A stretch of 64,000 bases of DNA from Spirochaetia bacterium (GTDB lineage Bacteria > Spirochaetota > Spirochaetia > SZUA-6 > Bin103). Each line of letters opens with the position of its first letter. The first letter of the stretch is position 1. The stretch covers positions 1 to 64,000 of the forward strand of contig CBDAOI010000001.1 of assembly GCA_965198005.1 (NCBI GenBank), written 5' to 3'. Shown piece by piece: positions 9,081 through 19,886 of the stretch. A program made the translations under genes and the position numbers. The notes beneath the pieces are model-generated. The model did not search any database. It was not told where the DNA came from and saw nothing but the letters and a program-made list of their open reading frames with translations.

Positions 9081-9942
9081 TTTCTTTGTCAGACTGGTCA
9101 AGGAGAAGCCACTGAGCATCATCGCCGGGGTTATCATCCTGCTTCTGATCCTGGTGGCGATCCTTGCCGACGTGCTGGCGCCGTTCCCGCATGATGAAGT
9201 GAACATCGTGGACCGGATGCAGGCCCCCTCGGCCCGGTACCTGCTGGGGACCGACCAGTTGGGGCGCGACCTGCTGAGCCGCCTGGTCTTCGGGGCCCGG
9301 ATTTCGCTGACCGTCGGCCTGGCGGCGACCACGGTCAACGTCGTGGTGGCGGTGCTGATCGGCGGCATCTCGGGGTTCTTCGGCGGCAAACTGGACCTGG
9401 CGGTGCAGAGATTCGTCGACGCCTGGATGGCGTTCCCGGGGCTGCTGCTGTTGCTCACGATAATGTCGCTGGTGGGGCGGGGCGTGCCGCAGATCATCGT
9501 GGTGCTGGGGGTAACGGGCGGCATTGGCGCCTCGAGAGTGGTCCGCGGTGCGGTGATCGGGGTAAAGGAGAACATCTATTTTCAGGCGGCAGAGGCGATC
9601 GGCAGCACCAGGTGGAGAACCCTCATCCGCCACGTGCTGCCCAATATCGCCGCCCCGGTGATCATCATTTTCACGATCAACGTGGGTGGCGTGATCATCA
9701 GCGAGGCTGCGCTGAGCTTTTTGGGATTCGGACTGCCGATCTCGGTTCCGAGCTGGGGCGGGATGCTGAGCCGGGAAGGGCGCGAGTTCATGGAGGTGGC
9801 GCCGCGGCTGGCGCTGTGGCCGGGGCTGTGCCTGACGGTTGTCGTGTACTGTCTCAACATGTTCGGCGACGCGGTGCGGGACCTGCTCGATCCGCGGCTC
9901 AGGGGCGGTGGCGGGCGTCTCGGCGCCGAGCGAACGGTGTAG
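9073..9942 (+). CDS. ABC permease OppC/DppC-like
   Basis: Full length; GTDQLGRD, HVLPN, GDAVRDLLDPR. Confidence 0.93.
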   Translation: MNDFFVRLVKEKPLSIIAGVIILLLILVAILADVLAPFPHDEVNIVDRMQAPSARYLLGTDQLGRDLLSRLVFGARISLTVGLAATTVNVVVAVLIGGISGFFGGKLDLAVQRFVDAWMAFPGLLLLLTIMSLVGRGVPQIIVVLGVTGGIGASRVVRGAVIGVKENIYFQAAEAIGSTRWRTLIRHVLPNIAAPVIIIFTINVGGVIISEAALSFLGFGLPISVPSWGGMLSREGREFMEVAPRLALWPGLCLTVVVYCLNMFGDAVRDLLDPRLRGGGGRLGAERTV

Positions 9943-9964
9943 AACAGCCCACTCCGCCCGCTGA

Positions 9965-11258
9965 TCACGACGGCGCACCGGCGGCATTGAGGCCAGGTCG
10001 CTGCCGCCGTTCCGCGGCTGGTGATGGTGGCGGTGCCGGCGCGGCGGGGGCGCCCACTGCTTGCGCTGCGGTCGCGGTGGCCAGGCGCAGCGCCACCCGG
10101 CAGGCCAGGTCGAAGTCGTCGAGGTCAAGGCTCTCCCGCACCGTGTGCGCCGCGCGCTGGCCGACGCCCGAGCGTGACGGTCGGGATGCCGCGCACGGTC
10201 AGCGAGTTGGCGTCCAGGCCGCCGTTGGCGACGTGGTAGCCGGGGCGGCCGCCGGCGGAGCGCACCGCGGCCGCGGCCGCGGCCACGCACGGCTCGTCGA
10301 GGTCGAGCTTGAACGACTCGTAGTCGTGCCGGGTGGTGATCTTCACCCGCCCCGCCACACCGGCGGCGTTGGTCACCTGCGCGGCCGCCCGCCTGAATGC
10401 GCGGTCGACTTCGTCGGCAATGCGCCGCCGAAACTCGGGGTCGTGGCTGCGTACCTCCGCCTCCACGCGGGCCAGGTCGGCGACCACGTTGGTGGCCTCG
10501 CCGGCGCGCAGCACGCCGACGTTGCTGGTGCCGGAGCCGCCTTCCTGCTCGATCTTGCCGTGCCAGCCGGCGCGGTCGAGGTCCGCAATGGCCCGCGCCG
10601 CGATCGCGATGGCGCTCACGCCGCGTTCGGGCGCGCTGCCGGCATGGCTGGCCACGCCGCGGATTTCCAGGTGGATGCGGTAGGCGCCGGTGGCGGCCAC
10701 CATCAGCGCTTCCGGACTGTGGCCGTCCCAGTTGAAGGCCAGGCGCGGGTGACCGAGGAACGCCTTGGCGGCGTACCGGGAACCCTGCAGGCCGACCTCC
10801 TCCTGCACGAACCAGCAGAAGGTGACCGGCGGATGCGGCAGTTGCCGCTGGTGGATCTCCAGCGCCGCGCACAGCAGCACCGCACACGCCGCGCGGTTGT
10901 CGGCGCCGAGACCGGTGGCGCGGCTCTCGGCCCGCACGCTGCGCCCGCGGCGCACCGGCGTGCAGCCGACGCAGATCGGCACCGTGTCCATGTGCGCCGC
11001 CAGCAGGCGGCGCGGGCGGCTCGGTCCGCGCCTGCTGCCGGGGAGCCGCAGCACGAGGTTGCCGATGTCGCCGGCAATCCGGGTGCGGCGATGGGCGTGG
11101 TCGGTGACGATCATGGCCTCCGGCACGCCGGCCGCGCGCAGGTGGCCGGCGATGGCCCGCGCTACGGCGGCTTCGCTGCCGCTCTTGCCCGGGATTGCCA
11201 TCAGTTCCATGACCAGCCGTTGCGCACGCTCAAGATCGGGTTCCGGGGTAGTGCTCAA
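9965..11258 (-). CDS. M20/M25/M40 metallopeptidase (peptidase T-like), frameshift near 10168
   Basis: AHMDTV, LGADNRA, QEEVGL, ASHAG..PERG, GGLDAN motifs; removing one base restores G.GQ..AHT..E C-terminus. Confidence 0.88.
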
Positions 11259-11393
11259 GGTGACCCTTACATTGCCACGCCGGCGGAGTTCTGGCAAAGT
11301 GCGGGGACCCGGAATGACCCCGCCCACGCAGCGCAGCACGCGGCATTCTCAGGTTCGGGGATGCACCGGCGCGCGCCTGCCGGGCCCGCGGCG

Positions 11394-12635
11394 ATGACGA
11401 TCTACCGCGGCGTTCCCGTCGCACTGGTGGTGTTTCTCTCCACCGGGCTCACCATCGGCACCAGCCAGTACGCGTTCGGGGAGTTCGCGGCGCCATTGCG
11501 CGCCCAGTTCGGCTGGACCCAGACCCAGCTCAACCTCGCCCTGACCCTGGCGCTCGTGTCGGGCATCGTGGCGCCGCTGGCGGGCCGCGCCAGCGACCGC
11601 TGGGGCGTGCGTCCGGTCACCACCATCTCGCTGTTCCTGATCGCCGGCGGCTTCCTGCTGCGGACGCAGATGACGGCGCTGTGGCACTGGTATCTCAGCA
11701 GCGTTCTGATCTACGCCGGCTTCCCTGGCGCGACCGCGCTGCCGACCGGCAAGCTGGTGGGGCTCTGGTTCCCGGACACGCGCGGCCGGGTGACCGGCGC
11801 GGTCGCGGCCGGCAACAACTTCGGCGGCCTGACGATGGCGCCGCTGGCAGCGCTGGTGCTGGCCACCGGTGGTTGGCAGGCGGGCTACCTGGTGTTCGGG
11901 ACGATCATGCTGCTGCTGGCCGCCGCCGCCTGGATCACCATCCGCGAGGATCCTGCCCTGGTGAGCCGCGCGATGGCCGCCGCCGGACGCGGCCATGCGG
12001 CCGCCGCCCACCACTTGGCGCGGTCCGGTGCGACCCTGCGGCAGGCGCTGCGCACGCGCCGCTTCTGGCTGGTGCTGGGCGGGCTGGTCGGCGGCAACTT
12101 CACCTACCAGGGGGTCCTGACCCAGCTCCGCCAGCACTTCGAGGAGAGCGGCTTCGCCGCGCCGGCCGCGACCGCCGGGCTGGTGTTGATCGCGGTCATG
12201 GGGATCGGCTCCAAGCTGGCGTTCGGGCGGGCGAGCGAGCGCTGGACGGCGCGCTGGGCGTGCGTGGTGTCGATCGGCTTGCAGGCGGCGGGACTCACCA
12301 TCATCGCCCTGGCGCCGGGCGTGCCGGGGACCTGGGTGGGCATCGTGGTGTTCGCGACCGGCTTCGGCGGGTTCGGGGCGCTGCTGGTGCTGGTGGTGCA
12401 GGAGGCGTTCGGCATGCGCCAGTTCGGCAGCATCTTCGGCCTGATGCAGACCGCCTGGATCGTCGCGCTGGCGGGTGCCCCGGCCCTCGCCGGCCTGCTT
12501 CACGACCGCACCGGATCGTTCGACCTGGCGTTCCTGCTGATCGTCGCGATCTTCCTGCTGGCGATCGCCTGCTTCGTGCTGGCAGGCGCCCCACCGCCCT
12601 CCCCCACGGTCCCTTCCGCGCCCTCAGAAGACTAA
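11394..12635 (+). CDS. MFS transporter
   Basis: About 12 hydrophobic segments, GRASDRWGVR motif A, WF...RG. Confidence 0.9.
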   Translation: MTIYRGVPVALVVFLSTGLTIGTSQYAFGEFAAPLRAQFGWTQTQLNLALTLALVSGIVAPLAGRASDRWGVRPVTTISLFLIAGGFLLRTQMTALWHWYLSSVLIYAGFPGATALPTGKLVGLWFPDTRGRVTGAVAAGNNFGGLTMAPLAALVLATGGWQAGYLVFGTIMLLLAAAAWITIREDPALVSRAMAAAGRGHAAAAHHLARSGATLRQALRTRRFWLVLGGLVGGNFTYQGVLTQLRQHFEESGFAAPAATAGLVLIAVMGIGSKLAFGRASERWTARWACVVSIGLQAAGLTIIALAPGVPGTWVGIVVFATGFGGFGALLVLVVQEAFGMRQFGSIFGLMQTAWIVALAGAPALAGLLHDRTGSFDLAFLLIVAIFLLAIACFVLAGAPPPSPTVPSAPSED

Positions 12636-12772
12636 GACAGGCACCACGTTTGTACGGTAGTTGGCGATCACGTGCCGGCGACTCCGTTCCGGACCCGCGT
12701 GCAGACTGGCTGCAGGAACGCGGCTATCCGGCGAACGGCGGCCGGACCGTGTGCCAAGTCTCGAACAGGAGG

Positions 12773-13185
12773 TTACTCGGTCGTCCGATCCGACTCTTCG
12801 AGACGCCGGCGGAGTGCCTGGAAGGCTTCCTGGTCGATACCGGTAGCCTCCTCGATGACCGACCACTCGATTCCGGCCCGCAAGAAGTTCTCGATCGTGC
12901 CAAGCTGGCCTTCCTCGCGCCCCGTCTGAAGCCCTTCCTGGCGGCCCTCCTGGAGCCCCTCCTGGAGCCCCTTTTGGAGCCCCTCCTGCAGCAACTCCTC
13001 TGCGTACGTCTTCATGTCTCCTCCCGGTCCTGGTACGTGCCGCCCCAACGCCTCGCCGAACTCCCTCACGTTCTGCTTGTCGACCAGTCCAGCCTGGTGC
13101 TCAGCCACTCCGGCAGATTCGGGCGTAGCAAGCCGGCCGCTTCGGGCGCATTGGAGAACACTTTGCGGAACAGGTTGTCGTGCGG
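12773..13185 (-). pseudogene. Rpn/YhgA-like putative transposase, internally deleted
   Basis: MKTYAEELLQEG(LQEG)n...IEEATG C-terminus; upstream PHDNLFRKVFS in another frame. Confidence 0.75.
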
Positions 13186-13441
13186 CTGATACAACTCGCG
13201 CGCCATGCCGTGCGCCCGCCACCGTAGTGGCGCCACCAAGCGCTGTCAAACGCAGTGGAGAACCTCGAGAACCTCGCCGACCACCATGGCATCTCGCCCC
13301 TGGATTCTGAAGTAGCAATGCTGGTGGCATATTGGCCGTTGACTACGCCGACGCGTGGGCAGAGTAGGAGGCCGCCGCCGACAACACCGCGTGGGAGCGG
13401 GCGACCCACGATGGCCTGGCGACCTGAGCCGCGCTGCCGCC

Positions 13442-13585
13442 ATGCGTCGCGGAGATATCCGGATGGTCGACTTCAGCGTTCCCACTGGATCCGAGGCGGC
13501 GCATCGCAGACCGGCCATCATCGTAAGTAACGACGCCCCCAACATGACCGCCACACGATTGCGCCGTGGCGTCGTGACCATATAT
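13442..13585 (+). pseudogene. MazF/PemK toxin N-terminal fragment
   Basis: MRRGDI.MVDF..P.GSEA..RRPAIIVSND. Confidence 0.8.
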
Positions 13586-13586
13586 T

Positions 13587-13925
13587 ATGCCTGTCGTAAT
13601 CATCATATTCAGCATCAACATCGGAGGCGTAGTACGGAGTATTGCTTCTCTTAGTTTCCTCGGATACGGTCTCCCAATTCAGATTGCCGAGTGGGGTGCT
13701 TTGCTGAGCAGGGAAGGGCGACGGTACATGGAGAGGGCGCCATGGTTGGCTTTCTGGCCTGGACTTGCCCTTACTATTATCGTTTACAGTCTAAACATGT
13801 TCGGCGACGCGGTGAGAGACCTGCTTGACCCACGGCTCAGGGGTGGTGTGGGGCATGTGGGGGCGTGTGGCGCGAGGTCGGTTAAGAAAGCCATCAGGGG
13901 AAAAGATGACGGTGGACGCTGTTGA
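13587..13925 (+). pseudogene. OppC-like 3' fragment
   Basis: LSFLGYG..EWG..GDAVRDLLDPRLR. Confidence 0.8.
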
Positions 13926-14043
13926 GGAATCTCGAACCGTTGCATAAGCGGCGCAACCAGGGACTTTGGCCTATTCGCCAGCAGGCAAATCAGAGTTGCT
14001 TTTCTACGGAGTTGAACCAGGTTGCGGCGATTGGAGCGGTGGT

Positions 14044-14160
14044 ATGAGTTCTTCGGTCGCTGACGTCCGCGAGGCTCGCGCGACTGGTCTCCGGGTGGAC
14101 CAAGAGTCACTTACAATCGATCTTGTCGACGGCCGTACGATAATCGTTCCGCTCGATCGG
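14044..14160 (+). pseudogene. DUF2442-like antitoxin fragment
   Basis: L.IDL.DGRTI.VPL motif, truncated. Confidence 0.6.
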
Positions 14161-14169
14161 TGTGATAGA

Positions 14170-14400
14170 TCAACGTCGTTCGTGTCGGTGCGACGCGACG
14201 ATGTCCGCCCCCTTGGTGTCGTCGTTCTGAAGAGCGGTGCTCAGATGATCCGGCCACGCGACCACGGGACGCGGCCGCGGCGGTACGATGTGGGCGGCAA
14301 CCCGGCCCCGGTTGAGCACCTCGAACGTCTCCCCCAAGCGGATCTCCGACTCGACGGTGGCCCAATGGGCCTTCAGTTCCTTGACTGTAATCGTCTTCAT
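14170..14400 (-). CDS. Phd/YefM-like antitoxin
   Basis: MKTITVKELK....GETFEV.NRGR.AA.IVP. Confidence 0.75.
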   Translation of the reverse strand: MKTITVKELKAHWATVESEIRLGETFEVLNRGRVAAHIVPPRPRPVVAWPDHLSTALQNDDTKGADIVASHRHERR

Positions 14401-14580
14401 ACACCAAAAGTATATCCTCAAAGTTTCTTCAGGAAAACCTTTTCTCTCCAACGAATCGGCCCGCAGCCCATGCTCTACCCGTCGGTGGCTACGGGGTGGT
14501 GCGGGAGAGGAGCACGCACCATGAGCGACTGAGTGACAAGTGTACTTGACGTAGCGCGCAAATGGTGCTATATCGGCGTT

Positions 14581-14985
14581 GTGTATCTCAGCGTACTCAA
14601 GGCCGCGATGGCAAAGAAGGGATATCGACAGTCGGATGTGGCCAAGGCCGCGGGGGTGAGCCGGCAGGCGGTCTCTCTCTGGTTTGCCGCCGATGATGAC
14701 TTCCGGAACGTGCACGTTGCCACTCTCATGAACTTGAGTGCCGGCCTTGGAATAGACCCGGCCGAGCTCCTCAAACCATTCCCGGGATTGACGGAACCTG
14801 CGACCGTGCGGCGCTGGTACGCGGAGTTCTGCTGGGATCGATCCTATCCCGATATCTATCGCTTCCTGGTCTCACTGGCCGGATCGCAGCCGCGGGCGGT
14901 GGCGCGCCTCATCGCCAGTCGAGGAATATACGAGGCGGCGGCGATATTGGGCGCACCTACCCCGGACTCCGCGAAGGCCGCCAGT
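14581..14985 (+). CDS. XRE-family HTH protein, C-terminus broken
   Basis: QSDVAKAAGVSRQAVSLW helix-turn-helix. Confidence 0.7.
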
Positions 14986-15137
14986 ACATGCAGCAGGGAC
15001 CGTGGCTGGCGCTCTGGCCCGGCCTGTGCCTGACCATCGTGGTCTACAGCCTGAACATGTTCGGCGACGCGGTGCGCGATCTGCTCGACCCGCGGCTCCG
15101 GGGCGGCGGCGGTCGTCTGGGTGCCGGCGGCGCCTGA
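14985..15137 (+). pseudogene. OppC-like extreme 3' fragment
   Basis: WLALWPGLCLTIVVYSLNMFGDAVRDLLDPRLRGG. Confidence 0.75.
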
Positions 15138-15188
15138 AGCCGTCGTCCGGATCTCGTCCTCTGTGCCCGTGCAACTCAGGGCGCGCGG

Positions 15189-16946
15189 TCACTGCCGCAC
15201 GGCATCGCAGAACACCATCTCCCAGCCGTGGAACACCACGATCAGGCCGATGAAGCGCACCGCGGGAAACTGCCGCGCCAGCCGCTCGTCCGCCAGGTAC
15301 CGCTCGAGCTGCGCCGTCGCCTCTGCGGCCGCCGCCGCCACCCCGGCCTCGTCCACCGACTCGCTGCGCTTCAGGTATTTCAGCTCGATCAGATAACCGC
15401 GCTGCAGGTGCGGATAGCGGGCCACCAGCGGTTCCAGGCAGATGTCCGCGTGTCCCTTGCCCAACTCCGCCTCCGAGCGGAACACGTAATGGTCGCTCAC
15501 GCTCAGATAGGCGGCCAGGAATCCCTGGATTACCTTCTCCCCGCTGATGTAGTCGCGAATCCCCGTCTGCTGCGCGATCGCCTCGCTCAGAAACTCGAAC
15601 GCCGGCTGCCATTCCCCCCGGTTGGCCATCCCCATCATCAACTGCTCGAACCGGAACAGATTGACTGAAAACACCCCCACGTCGCGGTAGCCATCGCGCA
15701 GGAAGCCGTACATCAACCGCTTCACGGTCTGGTTCGGGATCGCCAGCCGCGGCACCCGCTCCACCACGTCGCGGATGCTCAACAGCCCGAAGTAGTGCAG
15801 CAGGGAGAGAAAGTTCTCCGGCTTGGTGAGGTCCTTCAGCGGAAAGCCGGGCTGGATGCGGGTGTCCACCTGCTCCTCGCCGATGATGTCGCGCAGCAGG
15901 TCGAAGTTGCCGTTGAGCTGCCGCCCGGTCACTAGCAGGTGGCGCAGCTTGCCGTAGTCGATGCGCACGTTGGTGTCGATCAGGTATTCCGGTACGTCTC
16001 GGTTGGGAATCGAGTTGTCCAGGTAGTAGAGCACCATGTCGGTGTTGTACAGATCGGTCTCGGCCGCCTTGGCGAACCGATAGCCGTTGTACCACTGGCC
16101 CATGATGCCCATGGCGGTCTCGACGTCCTGATTGAACACGCCCAGGTCCCGGTAGGTCTCGACCAGGCGCCGCACCTCCGATTCGGTGAAGCCGACCATC
16201 TCGTTGAAGTCCGGGTGCAGGCTGATGTTCTTGCCGATGTTGAAGCCGCTGGTCACGTCGTCCATCGTGATCGGCGACACGCCGGTGATGAACAGCCGCT
16301 CCAGACCGCCGCCGGTGCGCCCCGCCCCGGACTTCAGGGTGGCAAAGAAGTTGCGGTAGAAGCCGCCACCGTGGGTGAAGGAGTGGTACGCCTCCGCGCC
16401 GTGGTACGCCAGCACGGTGTTGGCGAAGTTGTCGTACTCGTCGATCAGCACGTACAGGGGGATGTCATGGTCGCCGGCGTACCGAAACAGCTCGGAAAGC
16501 TTGGTGGCGATGGAGGGCGGCGCGAGGATGTCCCGCACCGCGGCGTCGGGAAACACGTCGGGGTGCCGCCGCAGCGTCCCCCGCAGCTCTATGAAACAGT
16601 AGGTCTCGAACTCCCGCTCCAGCGTTTCGAGCTTGTCGTTGACGGTTGAAAAGTCGAAGCGCAGGGTGACGTAGCGGCGCTGTTCCCCGGTCGGGTCCTG
16701 CCCGATGTCGGTGCCGGCGAAGGTGGCCTCGAAGCCGTCGGCCCAGAAGCGGTCGTAGTAGTTCTCGAGCAGGGAGACCCACAGCGACTTGCCGAAGCGG
16801 CGCGGGCGGATCAGAAAGGCGTAGCGCTCGTCCTCCAGCCGCCGCAGGAAGCGGGTCTTGTCGACGTACAGCCAGCGGTTCCAGCGGATGCGCCTGAAGT
16901 CGGCCTCGCCGTAGGGAATGCGCGGGTGGGCGGGGGGCGTGCTCAC
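15189..16946 (-). CDS. AAA-ATPase-like / PD-(D/E)XK nuclease protein
   Basis: YVDKT, RPRRFGKSL, LIDEYD, FITGVS, WYNGY, IPN, G.AD...IELK motifs. Confidence 0.92.
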   Translation of the reverse strand: MSTPPAHPRIPYGEADFRRIRWNRWLYVDKTRFLRRLEDERYAFLIRPRRFGKSLWVSLLENYYDRFWADGFEATFAGTDIGQDPTGEQRRYVTLRFDFSTVNDKLETLEREFETYCFIELRGTLRRHPDVFPDAAVRDILAPPSIATKLSELFRYAGDHDIPLYVLIDEYDNFANTVLAYHGAEAYHSFTHGGGFYRNFFATLKSGAGRTGGGLERLFITGVSPITMDDVTSGFNIGKNISLHPDFNEMVGFTESEVRRLVETYRDLGVFNQDVETAMGIMGQWYNGYRFAKAAETDLYNTDMVLYYLDNSIPNRDVPEYLIDTNVRIDYGKLRHLLVTGRQLNGNFDLLRDIIGEEQVDTRIQPGFPLKDLTKPENFLSLLHYFGLLSIRDVVERVPRLAIPNQTVKRLMYGFLRDGYRDVGVFSVNLFRFEQLMMGMANRGEWQPAFEFLSEAIAQQTGIRDYISGEKVIQGFLAAYLSVSDHYVFRSEAELGKGHADICLEPLVARYPHLQRGYLIELKYLKRSESVDEAGVAAAAAEATAQLERYLADERLARQFPAVRFIGLIVVFHGWEMVFCDAVRQ

Positions 16947-17103
16947 TACCGTAGCCTGGGCACTGACTCTATCGTTTGCCCGGCGCGCGAGCAATGGAGT
17001 GCGTCCATGACCATCTGGCCGACCAGCACCGGGGCATCGTCGGGAAGCTCGGTAACCTCGAGCGTTCCGAATCTCACAGCCGCGAGTGGTGGCGCGGCCT
17101 CGG

Positions 17104-17991
17104 TCAGGCGGTGGCCGCGTCGATCTGGGCGAGGTCGCTGGCATCCAGCTCAAGGTCGGCAGCGCGTGCCGAGTCCTCGATGGTGGCGGCCCGGCTGGCG
17201 CCGACGATTACCAGGACGTGCGGCCCCTTACTGAGCAGCCAGGCGACCACCAGCCGCTGCGGGCTCACGCCATGGTGCTCGGCCAGGCGCGCAACCGCGG
17301 GGTGCCGTCGAGCAAGATCACGCGCCCCATGCGGCGGGGCCGCAATGCCGCCCAGGGGGCTCCAGGGGATGAATGCCAGTCCCCGCTCCCCGGCGGCGGC
17401 CAGGGTGCCGTCCTGCTCGGGTTGCCGATGCGCCAGCGAGTACTGATTCTGGGTGCTGGCGATCGCGGTCACGGACTGGGCCTCGTCGAGTTGCGCGACC
17501 GAGTACTCGCTGACGCCGATAAAGCGCACCTTGCCTTCTTCGCGCAGGCGGGCAAATGCGCCGATGCTCTCGGCGATTGGCACATCGGGATCGGGCCGGT
17601 GGTGCTGCAGCAGGTCGAGCCGCTCGACGTCGAGGTTGCGCAGGGAGGCCTCGCACTGCCGCCGCAGGTACTCCGGGCGGCCGTTGGGAACCCAGGCGCC
17701 GCCGGGGCGCGTGAAGCCGGCCTTGGTGGCAACCACCACCTGCGTGCGCACGTCTGCAGGCAGCTCCGCCAGGGCGGCGCGAAACAGGCGCTCGTTGTGG
17801 CCCATGTCCGATTCGCCGCGACCGTAGCTGTCGGCCGTGTCGATAAAGGTCACACCTTGGTCGACGGCATGGTGGACGACCTTGATCGCAGTTGCCTGGT
17901 CGGGGTGCGCCTCGGGTATGGACAGCGGTACGCCGCCGAGACCGACGGCGCTGACCGACAGGCCGGTGTTACCAAGTGGGCGGTAGTGCAT
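17104..17991 (-). CDS. Aldo/keto reductase
   Basis: FIDTADSYG, VATKAG, SL.NL....DL..H, GKVRFIGVS, PWSPLG. Confidence 0.92.
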   Translation of the reverse strand: MHYRPLGNTGLSVSAVGLGGVPLSIPEAHPDQATAIKVVHHAVDQGVTFIDTADSYGRGESDMGHNERLFRAALAELPADVRTQVVVATKAGFTRPGGAWVPNGRPEYLRRQCEASLRNLDVERLDLLQHHRPDPDVPIAESIGAFARLREEGKVRFIGVSEYSVAQLDEAQSVTAIASTQNQYSLAHRQPEQDGTLAAAGERGLAFIPWSPLGGIAAPPHGARDLARRHPAVARLAEHHGVSPQRLVVAWLLSKGPHVLVIVGASRAATIEDSARAADLELDASDLAQIDAATA

Positions 17992-18349
17992 GCCGCTCAG
18001 AGTAGCCTGTTTCCGGGAACTTCGCGACGCCGGCCGCAGCGGCGCCGCCGGTGCCCAGCGGCAACGCAGCCGTCCTATCCTCAATCTACCCCCCTGTACC
18101 CTTTAGAGAGTAGAAAGTTCGTCCGGGACTGCTAGAATCCCAGGCGGGCGAGGCAACCTGCCGGGAGCAACCTTGAGCCCCCCGCGCCGGAGAGCGCCCG
18201 GGGGGGACGTGTGCCCCGGCAGGAGTGCCGCGATGGATACCCAGTGAGGAGCTTGTGCCAGGGTGCCAAGGTGCCAGGAGCACCAGAGCATCAGAGCACC
18301 AGTACAGGGGCGGAACGACATCGTGGCAGCCGAGCTACAGAACAATCTC

Positions 18350-19442
18350 GGGGGGCGGGCACCCGGAGCGCGTGCACGCGGGGATCGAGGTGCCGCATGG
18401 CGCGGTGGTCGAGATGCTGCTGGAGCGCGAGGTGCAGGTGTACGCGATCAATCCCAAGCAGCTGGATCGATTTCGTGACCGGTTTACGGTGGCCGGCGCC
18501 AAGGATGACCGGCGCGACGCGCGGGTGTTGGCAGACTCGCTGCGCACCGACCGCCGCAGCTTTCGTCAGTTGCAGGTGCAGGCACCGCCGGTGATCGAGT
18601 TGCGGGAATGGTCGCGCCTGACTGCCGAGTTGCAGGAGGAACGCAACGGGCTGATCAATCGCATGCGCGAGCAACTGCGCCGCTACTACCCGGAGATGCT
18701 GGAGCTGGGCGGTGACCTCGGCGCGGGCTGGGTTCCGGAGTTGTGGGAGAAGGCTTCGACGCCGGCGGAGGCAGCGCGGGTCCGGAAGGCGTCGGTCGCG
18801 GCCATCCTGAAGCGCAACCGCATCCGGCGCCATGATGCTGTCAGTGTGCTGCGCATCCTGCGGCAGCAGCCGCTTGAGGTGGGCCGCGGGACGATAGCGG
18901 CGGCTACGGCGCACATCGCGAGCGTCATCGTCCGGCTGAAGCTGGTCGACCAGCAACTCAAACAGGCGCACAGCCGGCTCGACGAACTGCTGGCCGAGAT
19001 TGTGGCCGCCGACGACTCGGGTGAACCAGAAGAGCAGCGTGACGCCGTCATCCTGCGTTCGATGCCCGGTGTTGGTCGGATCGTGCTCGCCACGCTGTTC
19101 GCGGAGGCCTCACAGTTGCTGGCTGAGCGAGACTACCGCAGTTTGCGGATTCTGACCGGAGTCGCGCCGGTGACCAAGCGGTCGGGGAAGAGTTGCCAGG
19201 TGAGCATGCGCCGGGCCTGCAACCAGCGGCTGAGCAACGCGATGTATCACTGGGCGCGGGTGGCGATCCAGCACGATCCGGTGAGTCGGGAGCGGTATGC
19301 GGCGCTGCGCGCGCGCGGGCAGCGCCATGGCCGGGCGCTGCGTACGGTCGCGGACCGGTTGCTCGCGGTGGCGTGCGCGATGCTGCGTGACCGCACGCAG
19401 TTTGATCCACAGCACCGGGCACCGCGACCGCTGACCGCCTGA
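18350..19442 (+). mobile_element. IS110-family recombinase lacking its N-terminus
   Basis: AKDDRRDA, SMPGVG, GVAPVTKRSG, RACNQRL motifs; first GID motif absent. Confidence 0.88.
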
Positions 19443-19514
19443 TGGGGGAAGGTGGGCCGGGCGAGGGGATAATCCGAACCTGTTACGTAACGGAGCGTAA
19501 CGGGAAGTAGAGCA

Positions 19515-19796
19515 GTGGCGGTAAGTAACGCGGAACGACAACGGCGCTATCGAGAGCGCCGCAAGGCAGCGCAGCCCCGGGTGCAGTACCGCAGGCCGCA
19601 AGACCGCAGGTCCCGACCGCAGCAGGATGCGGTAGGCACCCTGCTCGACCTCCAGGGTGAGTATCAAGCGTGGCTCGACCACTTGCCCGACAGTCTCCAG
19701 GAGTCCGCGCTCGCACAGCGGCTGGAGGCGATGTGCGAGCTTGATCTTGCCGAACTGGAGAGCGTCGAGCCGCCGCGCGGGTATGGGCGCGACTGA
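19515..19796 (+). CDS. Small hypothetical protein, mobile-element associated
   Basis: S.AERQRRYRER N-terminus, PPRGYGRD end; fragment duplicated at 28162-28189. Confidence 0.65.
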   Translation: MAVSNAERQRRYRERRKAAQPRVQYRRPQDRRSRPQQDAVGTLLDLQGEYQAWLDHLPDSLQESALAQRLEAMCELDLAELESVEPPRGYGRD

Positions 19797-19886
19797 GGGG
19801 GCTCTGCAGCCCGCACCTCACGTCGTTCCTGACCTGCAAGCGCTGATCAGTGCCGGTCTCGGATTGATGTTCGAGGTGGCACACGG

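Noticed and set aside
9031-11393. Long ORF 9031-10887 and the N-terminal extension of 9612-12635
   Set aside because: Shadow frames over oppC and the M20 peptidase in high-GC DNA
12915-12995. 12-bp tandem repeat
   Set aside because: Ordinary LQEG coding repeat of Rpn-family C-termini
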